A DNA stretch of 16,069 bases from Gemmatimonadota bacterium (GCA_039586795.1 JBDHJS010000066.1:1-16069), one strand, 5' to 3'. Shown: positions 1-14,903, counted from the first letter of the stretch. The notes: a model not told the origin generated them from the letters alone. Made by a program: numbers and translations.

Positions 1-2253
<2,253 letters not shown>

Positions 2254-2299
2254 ATCTCTACTAACTGCTATGGTGTCTCACTTGATCGTTTGCACGATG

Positions 2300-2770
2300 T
2301 TACCAGCGGTAATGCGCGAACGCCTTGTTCGCCTCCGCCATTCGGTGAACATCCTGCTTCTTCTTCACTGCCGAACCTTCGCCCTTGGCCGCTGCGAGAA
2401 GCTCGGCCGCCAGCCGCTCGGCCATCGTCTTTTCGCTCCGGTCACGAGATGCGCCGACCAGCCAACGCCTCGCCAACGCCTCGCGGCGGCGCGGGCGAAC
2501 TTCCACGGGGACCTGGTACGTCGCGCCACCAACACGGCGGCTCTTCACTTCCAGAACCGGCTTCGTGTTGCTGAACGCTTGTCGGTACACGTTCATCCCC
2601 GGCTGGCCCGTCTTCTCCTCGATGATCTGCATCGCATCGTAGAAGATCTGCTCCGCGGTCGACTTCTTCCCATCGAGCATCAGCGTGTTGACGAACTTCG
2701 TGACTGACTCGCTACCGAAGCGCGGGTCGGCCGCCACTTTTCTTGGTACTGCTCTCTGCCTTCTCGACAT
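2300..2770 (-). CDS. rpsG: 30S ribosomal protein S7
   Basis: 156 aa with [20 protein letters not shown] and [15 protein letters not shown]. Confidence 0.99.
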   Translation of the reverse strand: MSRRQRAVPRKVAADPRFGSESVTKFVNTLMLDGKKSTAEQIFYDAMQIIEEKTGQPGMNVYRQAFSNTKPVLEVKSRRVGGATYQVPVEVRPRRREALARRWLVGASRDRSEKTMAERLAAELLAAAKGEGSAVKKKQDVHRMAEANKAFAHYRW

Positions 2771-2795
2771 AAGCTCTCAGCGTGAAATAGGGGGA

Positions 2796-3170
2796 TCAGG
2801 CCTTCGGCCGTTTCGCCCCGTACTTACTGCGACTCCGTTTGCGGTCGGCCACCCCCGCGGCGTCCAGCTTGCCGCGGATGATGTGGTAACGAACGCCCGG
2901 GAGATCCTTGACTCGGCCACCGCGGATGAGCACGATCGAGTGCTCCTGCAGATTGTGACCCTCTCCAGGGATGTACGCCGTCACCTCGTACCCGTTGGTG
3001 AGTCGAACACGCGCCACCTTGCGGAGCGCCGAGTTCGGCTTCTTGGGCGTCGTGGTGTACACGCGCGTGCATACCCCCCGCTTCTGAGGATTCTGCTCGA
3101 GTGCGGGAGCCTTGTCCTTCTTGGCAACCTTTTCGCGGCCCTTGCGGACCAGCTGGTTGATCGTCGGCAT
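2796..3170 (-). CDS. rpsL: 30S ribosomal protein S12
   Basis: 124 aa with [25 protein letters not shown] and [22 protein letters not shown] just upstream of the ATG. Confidence 0.99.
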   Translation of the reverse strand: MPTINQLVRKGREKVAKKDKAPALEQNPQKRGVCTRVYTTTPKKPNSALRKVARVRLTNGYEVTAYIPGEGHNLQEHSIVLIRGGRVKDLPGVRYHIIRGKLDAAGVADRKRSRSKYGAKRPKA

Positions 3171-3188
3171 ACCTATCCTTGATCGTTC

Positions 3189-3208
3189 TGCGTTCCCCTA
3201 CGAACGCA
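3189..3208 (-). promoter_or_regulatory. Stem-loop in rpsL 5' leader
   Basis: mRNA UGCGUUC-GUAGGG-GAACGCA forms a perfect 7-bp stem ending 18 nt before the rpsL start. Confidence 0.5.
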
Positions 3209-3223
3209 CCCCCGTTCCTACCG

Positions 3224-3256
3224 AAACAAAGACCGGAGGGCGTACGCCGCCTCCGG
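3224..3256 (-). terminator. Attenuator/terminator-like hairpin inside the rpsL leader
   Basis: mRNA CCGGAGG-CGGCGUACGC-CCUCCGG followed directly by UCUUUGUUU. Confidence 0.5.
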
Positions 3257-3299
3257 ACGCGTCGAGGGTGATTAGGACCGGATCGTTGAAAGACCAACG

Positions 3300-3328
3300 A
3301 ACCTACGGGATCCCGGTTATCGCGTCAA
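3300..3328 (-). promoter_or_regulatory. Putative sigma70-type promoter P2 of the str operon
   Basis: Minus strand TTGACG (3328-3323), 17-nt spacer, TAGGTT (3305-3300; fits TAnnnT). Confidence 0.65.
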
Positions 3329-3378
3329 GTCCGAATCCCGCTCCACCGCTGCCTTCGCAGCTGTTTTGGGGCGCCAGA

Positions 3379-3406
3379 AAGCTATCCCTTAGGCGGGGAA
3401 TGTCAA
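3379..3406 (-). promoter_or_regulatory. Putative sigma70-type promoter P1 of the str operon
   Basis: Minus strand perfect TTGACA (3406-3401), 16-nt spacer, TAGCTT (3384-3379). Confidence 0.6.
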
Positions 3407-3537
3407 CGTTCTAAAGGGCGTTTGGGATGGGTCGCGGGGCTCTGAGAAAGGCGGCAAGCGATTGTAGTTTAATTTACTTGTACTAGGGGGCGCTGGCCCG
3501 GGAAGAGCGGCCTGAGCAATGTTCAATTTTCGATGTT

Positions 3538-3573
3538 AAAAAGCCCCGGCGCCGCACGGCGCCGGGGCTTTTT
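3538..3573. terminator. Rho-independent terminator of rpoBC (symmetrical, potentially bidirectional)
   Basis: AAAAAGCCCCGGCGCCG-CA-CGGCGCCGGGGCTTTTT is a perfect 17-bp inverted repeat with T5 on both strands, 16 nt after the rpoC stop. Confidence 0.92.
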
Positions 3574-3589
3574 CACCTCATCCCTTCGG

Positions 3590-7801
<4,212 letters not shown>

Positions 7802-7834
7802 GTTCCGTTTGCCCTCTAAGCGGTGGCTTCCCTA

Positions 7835-10800
7835 TTAGATGCCTTCGTCGCCCTGACCCAGCTGTACGCTGAGCGCGAGCGCCTGCAGCTCTTTGACAAG
7901 TACGTTGAAGCTCTCTGGGATTCCCGGATCCGGCAGATTGTCGCCCTTGACGATCGCTTCGTAGACCCGGGAGCGACCGGAGACATCGTCCGACTTGACG
8001 GTCAACATCTCCTGCAACGTGTGAGCGGCGCCGTAGGCCTCAAGCGCCCACACTTCCATTTCACCAAACCTCTGGCCGCCGAATTGCGCTTTACCGGCCA
8101 GCGGCTGCTGCGTCACCAACGAGTATGGGCCGATGGACCGAGCGTGGATCTTGTCGTCCACCAGGTGGGCCAGCTTCATCATGTAGATGTTCCCAACGGT
8201 CACATCCATCGCGAAGAAGTCGCCTGTCCGGCCATCGCGCAGCCTCATTTTGCCCGCCGGTGTCAGACCAGCGCGTCTGAGGAACTGCTCGAGCGCCTCG
8301 TCGAGTCCCTCCTTTGACGCTTTACGGCGCGACAGCTTGGCGGCCGCCTCGAAGCCCGCTTTCGACAGACTGGACTCTCCCTGCCGGTTGGCGATCTCGC
8401 TGGATGCCGCGACCAGATACTCACTCAGCTGATCTAGCCTCTGGCTCACCGTCTTGGACGACACCTTGGCCGCCACCTGGTCGAGAGTGCGACCGAGGCC
8501 CAGCGGCGAACCGGATGGCCGCGTGCCGTTTCCGTGCCGGTCACGGGCTCTCACCTGCCCCCGACGCAGCTCGCTCACGAACTCGCGAACCTCCGCTTCG
8601 GTGAACACCGGTGGCCGCGACGACTTGATGTTGAGGCTGTCGTGCGCCCAGCTGACGCCGGCCACCTTGAGCATGATGCCGATCTCGTCCTCGGAAGCGC
8701 CGTGGAACACTGGCGTCTTGGCCTCGAATCCGAGTATACGCGCGCACCAGCCGAGATGCGTCTCGAGTATCTGACCGACGTTCATTCGGCTGGGGACGCC
8801 CAGCGGGTTCAGCACGATATCGACCGGCGTACCGTTAGGCTGGAACGGCATGTCCTCCTCAGGCACGATACGAGCGATCACGCCTTTATTCCCGTGGCGC
8901 CCGGCAACCTTGTCGCCGACGCTGATCTTACGGCGTTCCGCAACGTAGACCTTCACGAGCTGCACGACGCCGGGCGACAGCTCATCCGGCTGCAGCACTT
9001 TGTCGATGGACTCCTCGGTCTTCTCACGCACCCGCTCGATTCGCTGCCGCGACTCGTCGATCACGCGGCGAAGCTTCTCGTTGGCCTGCGAGCCTTTTAC
9101 CTTGAGAGCCGTGAGATCGAGCTTCGAAAACTCGAGCTCCTCGACGGCCTTGTCGTTCAGCCGCTTCCCTTCCTTGATATAAGGCTCGATGGTGCCCCGC
9201 CTCAGGAAGAGCTGGGTCGTCTGCCCGACGAGCAGCTCGCGCAGCTCGTCATCGCGGACCTCTGTGATGCGGTGAATGTCATCACGCTCGCGCTCGCGCA
9301 GCCAGCCGATCCGCTCACCGTGTTCCTTCTCGAGCAGTGCGTCGTCGATGCGACGAGAGAAGATCTTCACATCAATGACGGTTCCGGCCATGCCCGGCGG
9401 TACGCGCAACGAGCTGTCCTTCACGTCCTTGGCCTTCTCACCGAATATGCCGGTCAGCAGCTTCTCTTCCGGAGAAAGCTCCGTCTCGCCCTTCGGCGTG
9501 ATCTTGCCGACCAGGATGTCGTTGGGGCCGACCTGGGCACCGATGCGGATGATCCCCCGCTCGTCCAGGTCCTTCAGGGCCTCCTCCGACACGTTCGGGA
9601 TCTCGCGCGTGATCTCTTCCATCCCGCGCTTCGTGTCACGGACGTGCAGCTCGAGCTCCTGGATGTGGATCGAAGTGTACTCATCGTCCTTCACCAGTCG
9701 CTCGCTGATTACGATCGCGTCCTCGAAGTTGTGCCCGTACCACGGCATGAACGCGACGGTGATATTCCGTCCGAGCGCTAGCTCGCCGCGGTCGGTCGAT
9801 GCTCCGTCAGCGATGATGTCGCCGACTTCGATGCGCTGACCGATGTGCGCCAGAGGCCGCTGATTGATCGCCGTGTCCTGGTTGGTGCGCCAGAACTTCT
9901 TCAGGTTGTAGCGATTGAATTGGCTCAGCTTGGCCAACGGCTCGTCACCGCCCGGGCCCTCGAGCTGAGTGTCAACTATGATCTCGTCGGCCCGCACCTT
10001 TGTGACCACACCACCGCGCTTCGCCACCACCACGGCACCGGAGTCACGGGCGACCTTGCTTTCCAACCCGGTGCCCACCAACGGACGCTGCGGGAAGAGC
10101 AGCGGCACCGCCTGGCGCTGCATGTTCGACCCCATCAACGCGCGGTTCGCGTCGTCATGTTCAAGGAACGGGATCAGTGCCGGAGAAACGGCGACCAGCT
10201 GATCTGGCGACACGTCCATGTGGTCGATCTGTTCCGGCGGCAGCAGTGGGTAGTCGTCAGCCTGCCGGCAAAGCACCAGCGGATTGACGAACGTGCCGTC
10301 CGGGTTGAGCTCGGCGTTCGCCTGAGCCACGGCGAACTCTTCCTCCTCGCTCGCCGTGAGCCAGATGATCTCGCCGGTCACCCGCCCACGCTCCACCCTG
10401 CGATACGGCGTCTCGATGAAGCCGAGGTTGTTGATCCTGGCAAACGTCGAAAGGCTGGTGATCAATCCGATGTTCGGACCTTCCGGCGTCTCGATCGGGC
10501 ACATACGGCCATAGTGCGAGTAGTGAACGTCTCGCACCTCGAACCCGGCTCGCTCGCGGGTCAGACCCCCCGGTCCAAGCGCTGAAAGGCGCCGTTTGTG
10601 AGTCAACTCGGCCAGCGGGTTGGTCTGATCCATGAACTGACTGAGCTGCGACGAGCCGAAGAACGACTGGATCACCGCGCTCACTGTGCGCGCGTTCACC
10701 AGGTCGTCGATGTTGATCTGCTCGGGATCGCTGGCGATCGACATACGTTCACGGACGAGGCGCGCCATCCGCGAGAGCCCCACTGAGAACTGGTTCGCGA

Positions 10801-12484
10801 TGAGCTCACCAACGGACCTGACGCGGCGGTTACCCAGGTGATCGATGTCATCGACATAGCCGCGACTCTCATGCAGCTCCATCAAGTACCGAACGATGGC
10901 GATGAAGTCGGCAACGGTGAGAATCGTCACTTCTGCCGGCGGCGCCTCGACACCCAGAAGACCGAAGGTCGCGCGCAACCGCTGGTTGATCTTGTAACGA
11001 CCGACACGGCCCAGGTCGTAGCGCTTCGGGTTGAAGAACAGTCGCTCGATAGCAGTACGCGCCGTCGCCAGATTCGGCGCTTCGCCGGGCCGCAGCAGCG
11101 AGTAAATGGCGTAGAGCGCGTCCTGCTCGCCGTGCGTCGGATCTTTGGCCAGCGTGTTCTTGATCAACGGAGATTCGACCTGAGCGCCTGTGAACACGAG
11201 CGCGTTGCGGATCCCCTTCTTCGACAGGGCGTCGAACAGCTTCCCGTCAAACGCCGCGCCAGTTTCTGCCATCACTTCCCCGGTCTCGGGGTCGATGACG
11301 TCGGCGGCGAGTTGCGGGTCCTGACCCCAATCACGTCGGTTGGCCAGATCCTCGTATCGCCCACGCAGCGGCACCCGTGCCGGACTGTTGTAGACCCGAA
11401 CCGAGTTCACGTTGGCCTGACGAAGCTGCTTGATCATCTCCGCCGTCAACTCGGACGTCCGGAAGACGAGGAACGCATCTGAATCCCGGTAAACCGGCGC
11501 TTCCTCGATGCCCACCTCGATCAGCTTGTTGATGAGGTCGGCCGTGATCGGGTCGCCAGCCGTTCCCAACGGGCGCTTCGTCTCGGGATGAAGCCGATCT
11601 TCGGCCAGCCACCCCTCGTCGTTCTCCAGATCGAACCCGGTGAGCACGACCATCTCCGCCTCACCCTCGAAGCCCGGGTTGGCCACCGACTCGGCCAGCA
11701 GCGTGCCCGCCGCTTCACGCCGGATCGCCCGCTCGCCGGTCAGATCCTCGAGGTTCAGCTCGCGGATCCCATAGAACAAATCGAGGATGTCGGAATCGCC
11801 TCCATGCCCGAAGGCGCGGAGCAACGCCGTAGCGGGGAACTTCTTCTTCTTATCGATGTGAACGTGAATCACATCGTGAATGTCGATAGAGAACTCGACC
11901 CACGAACCCCGGAACGGAATGATGCGAGCTGAAAACAGCCGCGTCCCGTTCGGGTGGATCGTCTCCTCGAAGACCACACCCGGCGAACGGTGCAGCTGGC
12001 TGACGATGACCCGCTCAGCGCCGTTGATCACGAAGGTCCCCTGCTCGGTCAGCAGCGGTAGCTCTCCCAGGTAGACCTCTTTTTCGAGTATGTCGCGCGG
12101 CCGCTTCTCGCCGTCCACATCCTCGTTGATGACCAATCGCAACGTCGCTTTGAGCGGTGCGCCAAAGGTCATGTCACGCTCCATACACTCCTCGACCGAA
12201 TACTTCGGGTCGCCCAGGGAGTAGCTCACGAACTCGAGCGTGAAGTTCTTCTTGGCGTCCGAACTGGGGAAGATCTCGTTAAACACACGTTCGAGACCGA
12301 AATCCCGTTCCGACTCTTCGTCTACACCCGTCTCCAGGAGCGCATCAAAGGCCTTGCGCTGCACATCCAGCAGATCCGGCATCGGGATCGCCGTGTCGAG
12401 ATGGGCAAACGAGATGACCGGGACTTCTTTGCGACCGTTACCATTGCCGGTCGCCTTCTGGCCTTGAGTCACACTATCAGCCAA
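7835..12484 (-). CDS. rpoB: DNA-directed RNA polymerase subunit beta (enlarged, 1549 aa)
   Basis: Contains SQLHRSPG, RRDR SQLSQFMDQTNPLAELTHKRRLSALGPGG, GSNMQRQAVP, GRHGNKG and GGQRFGEME. The TTG start is supported by GGAGG 7 nt upstream; tandem TAA TAG stops. Confidence 0.99.
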   Translation of the reverse strand: MADSVTQGQKATGNGNGRKEVPVISFAHLDTAIPMPDLLDVQRKAFDALLETGVDEESERDFGLERVFNEIFPSSDAKKNFTLEFVSYSLGDPKYSVEECMERDMTFGAPLKATLRLVINEDVDGEKRPRDILEKEVYLGELPLLTEQGTFVINGAERVIVSQLHRSPGVVFEETIHPNGTRLFSARIIPFRGSWVEFSIDIHDVIHVHIDKKKKFPATALLRAFGHGGDSDILDLFYGIRELNLEDLTGERAIRREAAGTLLAESVANPGFEGEAEMVVLTGFDLENDEGWLAEDRLHPETKRPLGTAGDPITADLINKLIEVGIEEAPVYRDSDAFLVFRTSELTAEMIKQLRQANVNSVRVYNSPARVPLRGRYEDLANRRDWGQDPQLAADVIDPETGEVMAETGAAFDGKLFDALSKKGIRNALVFTGAQVESPLIKNTLAKDPTHGEQDALYAIYSLLRPGEAPNLATARTAIERLFFNPKRYDLGRVGRYKINQRLRATFGLLGVEAPPAEVTILTVADFIAIVRYLMELHESRGYVDDIDHLGNRRVRSVGELIANQFSVGLSRMARLVRERMSIASDPEQINIDDLVNARTVSAVIQSFFGSSQLSQFMDQTNPLAELTHKRRLSALGPGGLTRERAGFEVRDVHYSHYGRMCPIETPEGPNIGLITSLSTFARINNLGFIETPYRRVERGRVTGEIIWLTASEEEEFAVAQANAELNPDGTFVNPLVLCRQADDYPLLPPEQIDHMDVSPDQLVAVSPALIPFLEHDDANRALMGSNMQRQAVPLLFPQRPLVGTGLESKVARDSGAVVVAKRGGVVTKVRADEIIVDTQLEGPGGDEPLAKLSQFNRYNLKKFWRTNQDTAINQRPLAHIGQRIEVGDIIADGASTDRGELALGRNITVAFMPWYGHNFEDAIVISERLVKDDEYTSIHIQELELHVRDTKRGMEEITREIPNVSEEALKDLDERGIIRIGAQVGPNDILVGKITPKGETELSPEEKLLTGIFGEKAKDVKDSSLRVPPGMAGTVIDVKIFSRRIDDALLEKEHGERIGWLRERERDDIHRITEVRDDELRELLVGQTTQLFLRRGTIEPYIKEGKRLNDKAVEELEFSKLDLTALKVKGSQANEKLRRVIDESRQRIERVREKTEESIDKVLQPDELSPGVVQLVKVYVAERRKISVGDKVAGRHGNKGVIARIVPEEDMPFQPNGTPVDIVLNPLGVPSRMNVGQILETHLGWCARILGFEAKTPVFHGASEDEIGIMLKVAGVSWAHDSLNIKSSRPPVFTEAEVREFVSELRRGQVRARDRHGNGTRPSGSPLGLGRTLDQVAAKVSSKTVSQRLDQLSEYLVAASSEIANRQGESSLSKAGFEAAAKLSRRKASKEGLDEALEQFLRRAGLTPAGKMRLRDGRTGDFFAMDVTVGNIYMMKLAHLVDDKIHARSIGPYSLVTQQPLAGKAQFGGQRFGEMEVWALEAYGAAHTLQEMLTVKSDDVSGRSRVYEAIVKGDNLPDPGIPESFNVLVKELQALALSVQLGQGDEGI

Positions 12485-12595
12485 CGTCTATCCTCCAGAT
12501 AAGATGTGTGGTGTCGGTCTGCCGCCAGCCTTCGCTGCGTCGACGAAACACAGCGCTGGAAACCCTCTCGACACCGCACGAGGGCCAACACGTCC

Positions 12596-12639
12596 AAAAA
12601 AAGCACAGAAATCCCCGTCGCCCGTGGGTCGCGGGGTTT
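12596..12639 (-). terminator. Attenuator-like hairpin in the rplL-rpoB spacer
   Basis: mRNA AAACCCCGCGACCCACGGGCGACGGGGAUUU forms a CCCCG/CGGGG stem with a bulged upper part, followed by CUGUGC and U7. The position matches the rplL-rpoB attenuator known from E. coli. Confidence 0.55.
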
Positions 12640-12716
12640 GTTTTTCAAGGTACAATTTTTCGCGCCGCGTAAGCGCCATACGCAGAGGAGCCTTCACCTC
12701 GATTAAGGGAACGTGC

Positions 12717-12740
12717 GCCGGCGGCAACCGAGCCGCCGGC
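12717..12740 (-). promoter_or_regulatory. Strong GC stem-loop just after rplL (pause, mRNA-stabilising or weak terminator)
   Basis: GCCGGCGGC-UCGGUU-GCCGCCGGC is a perfect 9-bp stem 19 nt after the rplL stop, with no adjacent U tract. Confidence 0.6.
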
Positions 12741-12759
12741 CCATAAAGCTCCTCAGGAC

Positions 12760-13134
12760 CTACTTCAGCTCGACCGTAGCGCCCTGTTCCTCGAGCTTGG
12801 CCTTGATACCCTCGGCCTCTTCCTTGTTCGCCGCTTCCTTGATGGTGTTCGGAGCGTTGTCGACCAGCTCTTTGGCCTCCTTGAGACCGAGGCTGGTGAC
12901 TTCGCGCAGGGCCTTGATCACCTGGATCTTCTTGGCGCCCACGTTGGCGAGAACGACGTCGAACTCGTCCTTCTCCTCAGCAACATCCGCCGCCGCTCCG
13001 GGTACGGCAGCCGCCACCGCGACCGGGGCGGCAGCGCTTACACCGAACTTCTCTTCCATCGCCGTCTTGAGCTCAGCCGCCTCGAGTACGGTCAGCGAGC
13101 CGATGGCGTCTAGAATCTCCTCGACCTTGCTCAT
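12760..13134 (-). CDS. rplL: 50S ribosomal protein L7/L12
   Basis: 124 aa with [17 protein letters not shown] hinge, [20 protein letters not shown] and GATVELK. Confidence 0.99.
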   Translation of the reverse strand: MSKVEEILDAIGSLTVLEAAELKTAMEEKFGVSAAAPVAVAAAVPGAAADVAEEKDEFDVVLANVGAKKIQVIKALREVTSLGLKEAKELVDNAPNTIKEAANKEEAEGIKAKLEEQGATVELK

Positions 13135-13219
13135 CTTCTTCCTATCTGGGTTAGTGGACTTCTTCTACTCTCTAGCTTCGATTCGGTTCCGTGCACCGCT
13201 CTTCAGGTGACCGGTCGCC

Positions 13220-13750
13220 CTACTGCTCCTGCTTCTTCCCGACCTCGCCGATCATGTGGGCGATGTCCCGCAGGAGACTCTCGAGTACGCCGACGATGCC
13301 CGACACGGGCGCGGTCAGCGAGCCAGCGATACCGGCCAGCAGCTGTTCTCTGGGCGGTAAAGCGGCCAAGCGCTCGATCTCCTTTGCGGTGACGAGGCGC
13401 TTCTCGACGACGCCCACCTTGAGGATGGGGCGATCATCGAATTCCTTGGCAAACTCCTTGAGCGTCTTCGCCGGCTGCACCGGGTCGTCGCCGGCTATTA
13501 CAACGCCGGTCGGTCCACGAAGGTGCTCGGAGATATCGGGCAGATCGAGCGCTTCGAGCGCCCGAAGCGCCAAACGATTCTTCACAACGACAAAACCGAT
13601 GCCCGCATCGCGGAAGCGACGTCTGAGCTCCGTCATATCCTGGACATTGATTCCGGTGAAGTCAGTCAGGTAGATGACGCCGGCTTCGCCGAGCTGCTCG
13701 GCCAGCTCGCCGGTCACCCGAATCTTGTCACTCCTGGTACGCTGCGCCAT
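13220..13750 (-). CDS. rplJ: 50S ribosomal protein L10
   Basis: 176 aa with DFTGINV, ELRRRFR, VVKNRLA, LRGPT and LAALPPREQLLA; lies between rplA and rplL. Confidence 0.97.
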   Translation of the reverse strand: MAQRTRSDKIRVTGELAEQLGEAGVIYLTDFTGINVQDMTELRRRFRDAGIGFVVVKNRLALRALEALDLPDISEHLRGPTGVVIAGDDPVQPAKTLKEFAKEFDDRPILKVGVVEKRLVTAKEIERLAALPPREQLLAGIAGSLTAPVSGIVGVLESLLRDIAHMIGEVGKKQEQ

Positions 13751-13770
13751 GGATCTCTAGTCCGTTCTAC

Positions 13771-14469
13771 TTAAGCACTCTTGCGAAACAGCGTGGGCTC
13801 GACTTTGACGCCGGGGCCCATCGTGCTCGAGAGCGTTACGCTCTTGATATATCCGCCCTTCGCCGCGGCCGGCCGCGCCCGAATCACCGCGTCCATGAAG
13901 CCCCGGAAGTTCTCCTCGAGCTTTTCGACCTCGAACGAGATCTTTCCGATCGGGGCGTGGACGTTTCCGGTCCGGTCGACGCGGAACTCGATGCGGCCCG
14001 CTTTCAGCTCTTTTACCGCCTTGCTGATGTCTTGCGTCACCGTACCCGCCTTGGGCGTCGGCATGAGGCCCCGGGGGCCGAGCACACGACCCAGTTTACC
14101 CACGTCTTTCATGGTGTCCGGCGTGGCCACCACCGCGTCGAACTCGAGCCAGCCCTGCTGGATCTTTGCAATGAAGTCGGTCCCTACGAAGTCAGCCCCC
14201 GCATCTTCCGCTTCGCGGGCCTTGTCGCCTTCGGCGATCGCCAGAACGCGGATCGACTTGCCGGTCCCGTGCGGCAGGTTCACCGTGCCGCGGACGATCT
14301 GGTCGGCGTGGCGCGGATCGACGCTCAGGCGAACCGCCGCTTCCACCGTCTCGTCGAATTTGGCGGTCGCCGTCTCCTTGACTAACCCGAGCGCCTCGCG
14401 CACTTCGTAAAACCGGGTCTTGTCGCGCTTCTCGATAGCGGCGCGATATCGCTTTCCGTGTCTAGGCAT
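13771..14469 (-). CDS. rplA: 50S ribosomal protein L1
   Basis: 232 aa with [36 protein letters not shown] and SSTMGPG. The ATG overlaps the rplK stop (TGATG). Confidence 0.99.
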   Translation of the reverse strand: MPRHGKRYRAAIEKRDKTRFYEVREALGLVKETATAKFDETVEAAVRLSVDPRHADQIVRGTVNLPHGTGKSIRVLAIAEGDKAREAEDAGADFVGTDFIAKIQQGWLEFDAVVATPDTMKDVGKLGRVLGPRGLMPTPKAGTVTQDISKAVKELKAGRIEFRVDRTGNVHAPIGKISFEVEKLEENFRGFMDAVIRARPAAAKGGYIKSVTLSSTMGPGVKVEPTLFRKSA

Positions 14470-14903
14470 CAGTCAGCTACCACAATTCCCATCGACCGGG
14501 CCGTGCCTTCGATCATGCGCATGGCGGACTCGATCGAAGCTGCGTTGAGATCTTCCAGCTTGATCTCAGCGATCTTCTTAACCTGGTCGCGCGTCACCGT
14601 CGCGACTTTCATCCTGTTCGGCTCGCCCGACGCCTTGTCCAGCCCAGCCTCTTTCTTCAACAACACAGCCGCAGGCGGCGTCTTGGTGATGAAGCTGAAC
14701 GATCGATCGGCGTAAACGGAGATCTCCACCGGAATCAGGGTGCCGGCCTGGCTCTGTGTCTTGGCGTTGAACATCTTGCAGAAGTCCATGATGTTCACGC
14801 CGTGCTGACCCAGAGCGGGGCCCACCGGCGGTGCCGGCGTCGCTTGCCCACCCGGAACCTGGAGCTTGATGAAGCCGATGACTTTCTTCTTTGGCTTAGC
14901 CAT
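14469..14903 (-). CDS. rplK: 50S ribosomal protein L11
   Basis: 144 aa with [29 protein letters not shown] and GTARSMG. Confidence 0.99.
   Translation of the reverse strand: MAKPKKKVIGFIKLQVPGGQATPAPPVGPALGQHGVNIMDFCKMFNAKTQSQAGTLIPVEISVYADRSFSFITKTPPAAVLLKKEAGLDKASGEPNRMKVATVTRDQVKKIAEIKLEDLNAASIESAMRMIEGTARSMGIVVAD

Noticed and set aside
2796..3170. Possible streptomycin-resistance alleles in S12
   Set aside because: TPKKPNS and RVKDLPG carry the wild-type lysines.
8896..8916. RpoB GDKVAGRH instead of the common GDKMAGRH
   Set aside because: A conservative change at a position known to vary (M/L/V); the catalytic-site lysines are intact.
8987..9350. About 120-aa charged helical insertion in the RpoB flap region
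   Set aside because: It corresponds to the known beta-i9/SI2 coiled-coil insertion.
10570..10665. Possible rifampicin-resistance substitutions
   Set aside because: The RRDR retains the Q, D, H, R and S residues of sensitive enzymes.
12647..12680. Possible internal rpoB promoter (TACCTT -10-like hexamer)
   Set aside because: No credible -35 at 16-18 nt and no TGn extension, so it cannot be supported without TSS data.
12488..12746. 66-80 aa ORFs in the rplL-rpoB spacer as small proteins or leader peptides
   Set aside because: No SD support and no recognisable similarity; the region is better explained by RNA hairpins.
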